A DNA stretch of 42,233 nt, taken from the NCBI RefSeq assembly GCF_001194135.2, contig NC_068981.1, forward strand, positions 199,088,902 through 199,131,134. The letters are read 5' to 3'. The number at the start of each line of letters is the position of its first letter. Within the stretch, counting starts at the first letter, position 1. This stretch comes from Octopus bimaculoides (taxonomy: Eukaryota). The position numbers were made by a program, and so were the translations under genes. The notes below the pieces were generated by a model, which was not told where the DNA came from, did not search any database, and saw only the letters and a program-made list of their open reading frames with translations. Shown in pieces: positions 34,032 through 42,233 of the stretch.

Positions 34032-35049
34032 CAGGGTGTGGCAGGAAAACCTGATGGATTTTAAAATGACAATAATTTGACTGATGGCTGGGGTGACAAT
34101 CATGACCTTGATGATGCTGATGCCATTTCAATAATTATGAAACACTGAATGTATATCATGAGGCTTTTGCGAAATGACCCACAGGAAAAGGCAAATGAAA
34201 CTTTTCCAAGCAAAATTTCCTGTTGCATTTTAACGACCCTCATAATGGGTGGAAAACTTTTGGTTTACTAAAAAAGAAACCACAATGAGCTGTGTGAACA
34301 ACCGATAATATTGAGACATAGAAAACAGTCCTTGCCATTCTGCTGCTGCACTTGGCATTTTGTTTGTGAAGAATGCTGCAGCCTAATTTAGATATTTATC
34401 CTTGTATGGTTATGGTTTTGCAAGAAATAAGTCAGCTGAAAAGCACCAGATAACACATCCGGGAACCCTTTCCATGAATGATGGAGCACATTTCCATCTG
34501 TTAGATTTCATAAACAAAATAAATTTACTTTTGATTGGAATCCATGACATCTTAATGAGAATCCTATACACTGTGAACATGTAACGATGCCGAGATGTGT
34601 GGCAAACTGTGATTGCTCCATACTGGGCTTACAATAACAATGAATTCTGATGATTCTGGTTTCATGTTGTGCAATGTAACAGCACAGGGATCAGCCAAAC
34701 AGTAAGATTATCCTTCTATGGACATTATTAAAGAATCCATATGCTGACCATGCCATTCCCCAACATGCTGACCTATCATGGCCTGTTCAATTACTTGTCC
34801 TTTTAGTTTGTGATTATTCTCTTTTACGGCAACTTCAAAGGGAATGGATTTGTCTTAGAAATGGTATGGCACAATATGTAAAATAAGCAAACATTTCAAT
34901 GATGTTATTATTGAAACTAAATCAGCTGCTGTGTTTATAAATGGCACACTTTGTTCTCTACATTTACTCAATAAAGGTTACTAATTATCTTATGTTTACC
35001 AACATTCTATTAATTTAAAAGCCATCAGGTTTCCCTGTCAAGCCCCGTG
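34032..35049 (+). mobile_element. Internally deleted Tc1/mariner-superfamily element (DD37D/DD41D-like) with both ITRs
   Basis: ITRs cagggtgtggcaggaaaacctgatggattttaaa and atttaaaagccatcaggtttccctgtcaagccccgtg. First catalytic motif remnant MNDGAHFHLLDFINK. Confidence 0.8.
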
Positions 35050-35829
35050 TGTGTGTGTGTGTGTCTGTAAATTTGAGAATATATGAGGAGAATGTATTTT
35101 CATGCAAAGTTTACTAAAATTAATTATCAAATTATGTCAAATTTAGATCTACAATATACTGTAGAACTTAAGTGTAAATAATTGAACAAAGATACGTCAA
35201 AATATTCAATATTCTTCTTATAATTTCTCACTTGCCATGTGTCACACAGACGTATGTATAAGAAATATATACGTATATGTTGCCTCCATCAGTAGGGACA
35301 AAAGACAACACTATGTGAAAATTACTGTGAACGTATGTGCATGTATGTGTGTATGTATATATATATACACACACACACACAGAGACATATAGATACTGTA
35401 GTAAGCACAAATCAAAATATTGGCTAATCAACTAAAACATCAGGCTTTGCCATTTAAAACCTTGGTGCAAAGTGGCAGACCGTCCAAATTTAATGTTAAA
35501 AAAACAGATAGGAACTATAATGATAATAATAATAATTATCAGTGCTTTGAGAATAATAGCAAATGGTGCTCTTAAACACTGTGGTGAAATATCAGAAAAC
35601 TCAACTACAAAATATTTTTCTCCTGAGTACTGCGCACTTCCTAAGAATAACCGTTTCAAAGTCACAAATATTACAACAAACTTTTAACAGAATCTTAAGT
35701 CTCAGTATCTGGTCTCTTTTCCTTGCTAATCATAAATAACAGCCATAGGAAAATGGCCATCTTGCTTTTTGTTGAAGTCCGAGATTTGGAACAATTTTTA
35801 TGAAACAAATGCAACAAAAATAATAATTT

Positions 35830-35995
35830 TGGTTTCAAATTTTGGCATGAGGCCAGCAATTTTGGGGGTGGGGTTAAATCAATTACATCAACCCCAGTGC
35901 TCAACTGGTACTTATTTTATCCACCCTGTAAGGATGAAAGGCAAAGTGGACCTCAGTGGGATTTGAACTCAGAATGTAAAGATGGACGTCATGTT
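35830..35995 (-). mobile_element. SINE, same family as 14320-14460
   Basis: ggtttcaaattttggcatgaggccagcaatt...aactggtacttattttatc...ggatgaaaggcaaagt...tttgaactcag. Confidence 0.85.
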
Positions 35996-36695
35996 TTGGC
36001 TTCAAACAAAAGGTGTATGTGAGTGTATGTGGACATATATATGCGTGTGTGTGTGTGTGTAGTTATTGTGATTTTTGTAGAATTATAATTTCAATGATAA
36101 CCTGCTGTTGTAGATAAATATCATTTTTTGTTTAGATTGCCTTTTTTGAGTTTCTGTTTTACTTCAAAATTATTTCTGTTCACTGATGATGATGCTGATG
36201 GTTTGTAGAGATGTTGTTGTTGTTGTTTGTAGCATTAACATGGAACCAACCTTCCTACTGCATAGTATTTAGCTGCGGCTGATTACCGTTCCTGTGTTTG
36301 CGTTGGCTGCAGTGGTTGCCATTTCTGTTCTTTAGTTGCTGTGGTTGTGTGTTGTTTCTGTTGTAGCGCAAGTGATTGTGTGTCATTTCAGTTTCAATTA
36401 TTTTATGTGATAGAACAAAGGAACTTTTCAGCAGTTATTTATCTTTTGTAAGTTCAAAACTACAAAACAATCACCTTTTCAGCTTCATCTTGTTTACAAA
36501 TTTAAAAAAAAAAATTCCTTTTTCAACTGTTTAATCAACCTTTCTAATTCATTTTTAATCAAAACATTTTTTTCGATATTTGTTTCTGATGTGTAACAAT
36601 CTTCATGTAAATATTTACAAATGAAGTTTAACTTTTACAATTTCAATATATTTCAAATATATAGAATTTGTAAATCATGTATGTGTTTATGTGTA

Positions 36696-36726
<31 letters not shown>

Positions 36727-37051
36727 TTGCTATTATGTTAAACTGTCGTGTGGCCAAATGTGTTTTTTTTTTTTTTATATTTATTTTTGCTTGAAATAGC
36801 TGGTTCTTTTGGTCAAAGTATCGTATCTCCAGCTGCTTCAGATGCCAAGATCTGAAAATTGTTAAAGTGTAGTCCAACGGTTTTTGCTATGGAATGGTGA
36901 AGCCATTTGTTCATTTTCTGAAAAAGTAACATTTTGGACTTATGGCACTTTTGCATAATAGCAATGATATTTCTATTAAAAAAAACTGAATACTGTAAAA
37001 CTGTTTAATCTTGTTTGTTTGTAAGCAAGAAACTAATTACTTACATAATAC

Positions 37052-37196
37052 AAGCAGTCACCCATCTAAGTACTCACATCGAGCCTAGATGGGTGACCGC
37101 TTTGGAAACCTAGGTGCTGTAAGCATCCCACACTTTTTCATGGTGGTGCTCCAGCATGACCACAGTCACTTGGCTGAAACGCATAAATAAATAAAT
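37052..37196 (+). mobile_element. 5S rRNA-derived SINE (SINE3-like), 5'-rearranged
   Basis: tagatgggtgaccgctttggaaacctaggtgctgtaagc matches the 3' half of 5S rRNA (box C region). Followed by the gctccagcatgaccacag...ctgaaac tail and (aaat)n. Confidence 0.75.
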
Positions 37197-37827
37197 AGTA
37201 GTGATGATGAAACCCATGAATTGAATGACATGCTTAAATGAAGTAACAGTTAATGGTGGTAGTAGTAGTAGTAGTAGTAGTAAGTAATGATACTATTCTG
37301 TGCAGTGAATAACTAAATGAAAGTCAATATCACATAATTGCATAGGATATAGGATAGCAGCATAGTTCATAAGATTGTAGCTAAATGTTATTGATGAATG
37401 TAGAATTACAGGAAAACATGGACATACTCTAATTCTGAAAATTGGTGCATTTCAACTTAAAACGTAGCCTCGGGGTCAATATCTGGTTGAAATGCTATCA
37501 GCTAAGTTATGGGGATTCAGAATAATACTTATTGGGATAAAGACAGTCCTATATAATCTCAGACAAAAATCAGATTACATTTCTGGAATGATATTGGGAT
37601 ATATTAGTATATAAAGAATAATGTGATTTATTATATATTTGTATATCAGCATTTATATTACATTTATATATATTACTGATATTTCTTGCTGTCTGCATGG
37701 CTCTGTAGTTAAGAAGTATGTTTTGCCAGGTTTGATCTCATTCTGTGGTATAGGATGGGTCATTTTTTCCAAAGACGGATTTTTTCTGAGTGAAATTTTT
37801 GAGGTGAAAACTGTGAAGAAGCCTGCT

Positions 37828-37879
<52 letters not shown>

Positions 37880-39699
37880 CATGTGTGTTAGTGTGTGTGT
37901 CTATTACCGAAATCAAATTTTTATCTCATGACTGAAGTTTGATGAAACTGCAGTATCGTGAAACGTGAATGGTAAGATAATAAAAGCTCATTCTTCACAT
38001 GCATTGAGCTTTTCCTTTCTCATTTGTTCAGCTTAATTCAATGTTTGAGAGACGGATGGGTGGCTGAATGGAAGATTCATCATCGAAATGAACTTTAAAA
38101 CAATTTCAAAAGAGCATCCAGGTGAAAATATTTGGGCCTTTTTGTTTTTTGATTTCATTACACACTCCATGTGGCAGGGCAGACACTATATGTGTTAGGT
38201 AGTGGCCAGCCTATAGGATTTGATATTTCATCTGTAATGGTTAGCTAGTGTGGGGTGAGATAACTGGTTGAGTGGTGTTGGGTTGAATGTCGGCTTGTGT
38301 GTCATGCTGGCTGCAGGGTGCAAATGTATCTGGTCGATAGAAGACCATTGTAGGCAAACAGAAATCATATTATACCCTGCAGTTGTATGTGGGCCAATTA
38401 GGGCTAGGATTATCATCCTGGTTTCCATTAACAGGTGAGAATAGAATGAATTTTTTTTTTTATGGATGCTGCAGCCTGTTGCAGTTTCTGTTGCTTCTCA
38501 TGGAATTGACAATTATAAACTTCAGATGAATAAAAGCAGATGCTCTATTTTGACGTTGGGAAAGATTGTTTCCTTGGTCTCAGAGTATCTCAATAAAGTT
38601 GTTCAGGAAGATGTTTTCCCTATTCCTATGCCTGAAGAAATACAAGAATTGCATAAATATTCCTTTGAAACTATTGGCTGCTATGCCTTTGTGGTGTTTT
38701 GTGATGCCATCAATTGGTTGTAGGGTAGTTTTGTAGATGGCACCCTTTGAGAAGCAGGGTCCTCCCAGTGGGCAGTTGGCTGGATTTCAGCAGCTAGAGT
38801 ACAAGCAAAGACTATGTGGCCTGCATGTTTATTTCTGTAGCAGTGTGCAATGTTTGAAGCAACATTATCTAAGTGCAGGCTGCTAACCTCAATGTTATGA
38901 GCATTAAAGAGTTTATAATAGGTTTTCTTGGGAAATGCTCTAATTAGTAACTGGAAGTTTCTAACTACATTAGTCAGTTCATATGGAGTGAATGGTAGCT
39001 TAAACCAGATTACTTTTTTTTGCTTTTTAACTCACTTTGGGATATTAATGAATCTTTCATAATCACTTATCAATAGAACCACTCCTTCCTAGTGCCTTGC
39101 TTTAATGAAGCACTGCACTTTTGAAGACCTCATTGTCCACTGAGAGATTGGACTTCCTTTCTGCTGATTCCTGTCACTATATACACATATACATACATGT
39201 GTGTGTGTGTGTGTGTGTGTGCATATATGTATACATGTATTTATTATTCCTAAACAAAAATATTATTGACAGTGACTTTGAAATTTCAACCAGCTAACCC
39301 ATCATCAGACTGTGATGCATTGAAGTTAATCTTGGCTTTATGTAGTCTCTGTTGTGTTAAAGTCTTCCTTTGGTGTGTAGGTTTGAGTGGAAGGTAATTA
39401 GGTTGTAGGGTGGGGTGTGATAGAGAGGTGTTTTGGAGAAGTTCTTATTGTTTAGAATTTATTCATGTATGTAGATCTTCACCAATGGATAACATAAATG
39501 TATGTATATATGTATGTTTATATGTGTGTGTATGTGTATATACACATAACTGTAAAGTACAATGAAAGACAGGATTTGTGAGAGTAATAAAATACTAGAG
39601 CAGAGGTATGTAGATATGTTCTGTGTGCCAGAGGTAAGATGAAGATGCCTTCAACTGGATTCTTCATGGGCAAATTACATGTGTATAAACTCTTTTAAG

Positions 39700-40240
39700 T
39701 AGGCAGCAGAAATGATATTGGCCGTGGAGGCCGAAAGATGGGGAGATAAAGTAACTGAGGTGGTCATTTTGCATGATAGGATAGTTAGTTGGATACTAGT
39801 CTTAGCGGAATCAGCAGTTACACTTATTCCTGCCTAAGCTTCACAATCTAGGTTGACAAGTGATTAGAAGAACTATGAGGTCCTTTCACCAATTACCTTT
39901 TAACAATGACTTTATTATGCTGGCTGGTGACATGACTGAACATGTTGGGTGACACTCCACTGGATTTCATAATGTGCATAGAGATTAGTGTTTTAGCTCT
40001 GGAAATGAGGAAGAGACAAGGCTGCTGGAGTATTTGTGGTGAGGATTTGATTCTATGAGGAAGACTACTTCAGGAAGCCACCTCAGCAAGCCTATGAATA
40101 TGGTGAACACTGAAGCCAAGTTGTCTACGTTCTCACCAGAAAATGTGATAAATGGATACCTAAAGGTAAAGTGTTTGCCAGGCAGAAAATGGACAACTGT
40201 ACACAGGTTCGTGGAGCAAGAAAGGAAACCAGTCTAGAAA
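39700..40240 (+). mobile_element. Decayed RTE AP-endonuclease fragment
   Basis: ..DKVTEVVILHDRI.., MLAGDMTEHVG*HSTGFHNVH, GNEEETRLLEY, GEH*SQVVYVLTRK. Confidence 0.75.
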
Positions 40241-40457
40241 AGAAAGATATGGAAGCTCAAAGACCTTGCAAACCTGTAAAAATTTAGGAAGGCAATCCAT
40301 CTGTAAATCCTGCAGCTCCAGTCAAACTCTCCAACCTATGCCATTATGGTAAACAAACTTTAGAGGAAGATGATATATATGTAAACATACATGTTTCCAT
40401 TTATTTGTGTGTGTGTGTGTGTATACACCCTGCCACATACACACGTACACACATTCG

Positions 40458-40613
40458 CGTAGGCATGGCTGTGTTGTAAGAATTTTAATTCCCAACCATA
40501 TGTTTCTGAGTTCAGTCTCACTGTGTGGCACTTTGGGCGTCTTTTACTATATGCCTGGGTTGATCAAAGATTTGTGAGTAGATTTGGTAGATAGAAACTA
40601 AAAGAAGCCCATT

Positions 40614-40615
<2 letters not shown>
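40458..40615 (+). mobile_element. tRNA-derived SINE 5' half
   Basis: ggcatggctgtgttgtaag...gagttcagtc...gtgagtagatttggtagatagaaactaaaagaagccc. Confidence 0.75.
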
Positions 40616-40656
<41 letters not shown>

Positions 40657-41529
40657 ATTCTTTAACGAGAATGGTACTGGCAGTAACTTTGAAGTTTTGG
40701 CCAGCTAAGCCATCATCAGGTGTGTGTGTGTGTGTGTGTGTAATATATGCAGACTCGCTAGATGGCCATGTCTGGAACACTAATCATAAAGTTTGCTGAA
40801 TTAGGTGTGAGTTGAGTATTAACAACTACTACCACCACTACTTATTAACATTGTCACTAATTTTGCTTTTAATGGTGTCTCATATTGGATATAACTATGA
40901 GGCAATGGACTTGCTCTGTATAGTATTGGCTCTCTGTGAGGCTGTTGAGAAATTAAATATTCTAATGATGCCATTATATTGCATCAATATTTTTGATTGA
41001 GAATTAATGAATGTCTTCTGAAATTGTAAAAACAAATTTTGAAATTACAGTCGCCTCATTTGATTAGTAAACAATGGTCAAGAAATCCAACCTCTGCATT
41101 TGATAGGTTTTTAAGGTTTTTTACTTAAAAATCTATTGTTAACCCTTTGACTGGTTTCAGTTACTGAACTGTCACCATGCTGGTGCCCTCCCTCATCAAT
41201 TCTTTTGGGCTGAGTTCTTTTTTAATTTTTTAAATCTCTTTTTGTTAAATGATAACATTGCCTTTGATGTAACTTTGACTGATTTACTTTAGTAAACAGT
41301 GGTATAGACAAGTATACAGGCACACACACACACATGACAATATCTTAGCTGGGCAAAACTTCAGAGTCACTGTTAATAATATTCCTGTTTAAGTTTCATA
41401 AATTTTTACTCTACAAAAATATAGATAACGCATCAGATTAATATGAAATTGTTGTAACTGATTATAAAAACAAACGGTAACGTAACATTATCTCTGTGCA
41501 TGCACGTGCACACACACACACACACACGT

Positions 41530-41894
41530 GATGATGATGATGATGATGATAGCTGTGTGGTTGAACCTAAAATGTTTGCTTTGCAATCACATAGGTCTGA
41601 GTTCAATCCTATAATGCTGCAGAAACCTTTTGTTGCCCAGCAACAGATGAGTGAAACTGGGGGGGGGGGGGGAACAGAAACTGTACACAAGTTGGATGTG
41701 GACACACACACACACATGTGTGTGTGTCCACATCCAACTTGTGTACAGCTTCTGTCCTCCCTGTTTCACTCATCTGTTGCGGGACAACAAAAGGTTTCTG
41801 CAGCATTATAGGATTGAACTCAGACCTATGTGATTGCAAAGCAAACATTTTAGGTTCATACCACACAGCTATCATCACCATCATCATCATCATC
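41530..41894. repeat. Spacerless palindrome, arms of 187 and 178 nt, each with a SINE-like head
   Basis: Centre cacA|Tgtg at 41716/41717. Arms are reverse complements apart from a few substitutions and run-length differences. Confidence 0.95.
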
Positions 41895-42110
41895 GTTTAA
41901 TGTCTGCTTTCCATGCTGGCATGGATTGGACAGTTTGACAGGACCTGGTAAGCCAGGGAGCTGTGCAGACTCCAGTTGTCTGTTGTAGCATGTTTTTTAT
42001 GGCTGGATACCCTTCCGAATGCCAACCACTTTACAGAGTGTCCACTGGTGCATTTATGCAACCCCACCATAAGTGCATTTTATGTGGCACCAGCATCTGT
42101 AAAGGACAAG
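41881..42110 (-). mobile_element. (GAT)n-tailed LINE 3' end
   Basis: (atc)n-gtttaatgtctgctttccatgctggcatgg...ggctggatacccttccgaatgccaacc. Confidence 0.85.
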
Positions 42111-42233
42111 CCTGCATGTATGACTGACAGCAGTTTTACTCAGCTATGGCTGCGTTTATGTATGAATATCTGTGTCTGTTTTCGCTACAGTCACATGGTT
42201 ATACATGCACCTATGCACACCCACCCACCCACC

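Noticed and set aside
37086-37125. Functional 5S rRNA gene
   Set aside because: The 5' half is missing or rearranged and a SINE tail follows.
37938-37970. ttgatga...gaaacgtg as a hammerhead
   Set aside because: Stems I and II do not pair and the cleavage triplet would end in G.
38180-38900. 85-aa ORF at 38466-38723 and surrounding GC-richer DNA
   Set aside because: No splice support or recognisable motif. Probably an old element, but it could not be classified.
41433-41900. Overlapping ORFs on both strands
   Set aside because: Mirror-image products of the palindrome and microsatellites.

Overview
AT-rich, microsatellite- and retroposon-dense metazoan genomic DNA with three assembly gaps (N at 4856-4934, 5873-5882, 13497-13596). 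The repeat repertoire looks like that of an octopod cephalopod (Octopus sp.; inferred from recalled repeat families, not verified). Only one protein-coding exon is confidently recognisable: a 105-nt phase 1-1 exon at 17003-17107 (+) matching the N-terminal-domain exon of the mitochondrial calcium uniporter MCU. The rest of the window is therefore probably two very large MCU introns. They hold decayed Tc1/mariner elements, RTE-, R4- and CR1-type LINE fragments, tRNA- and 5S-derived SINEs and many fold-back inverted repeats. The most interesting signal is that three unrelated repeat families each carry a minimal hammerhead-ribozyme fold of the Penelope type: both arms of a fold-back element that encloses a copy of nearby DNA (5311-5838), the tail of a tRNA-headed SINE (26744-26979), and a short repeat with a non-canonical CUGUNGA core (1504-1539, 13679-13714). 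A few candidate antisense or micro-exons are low confidence.
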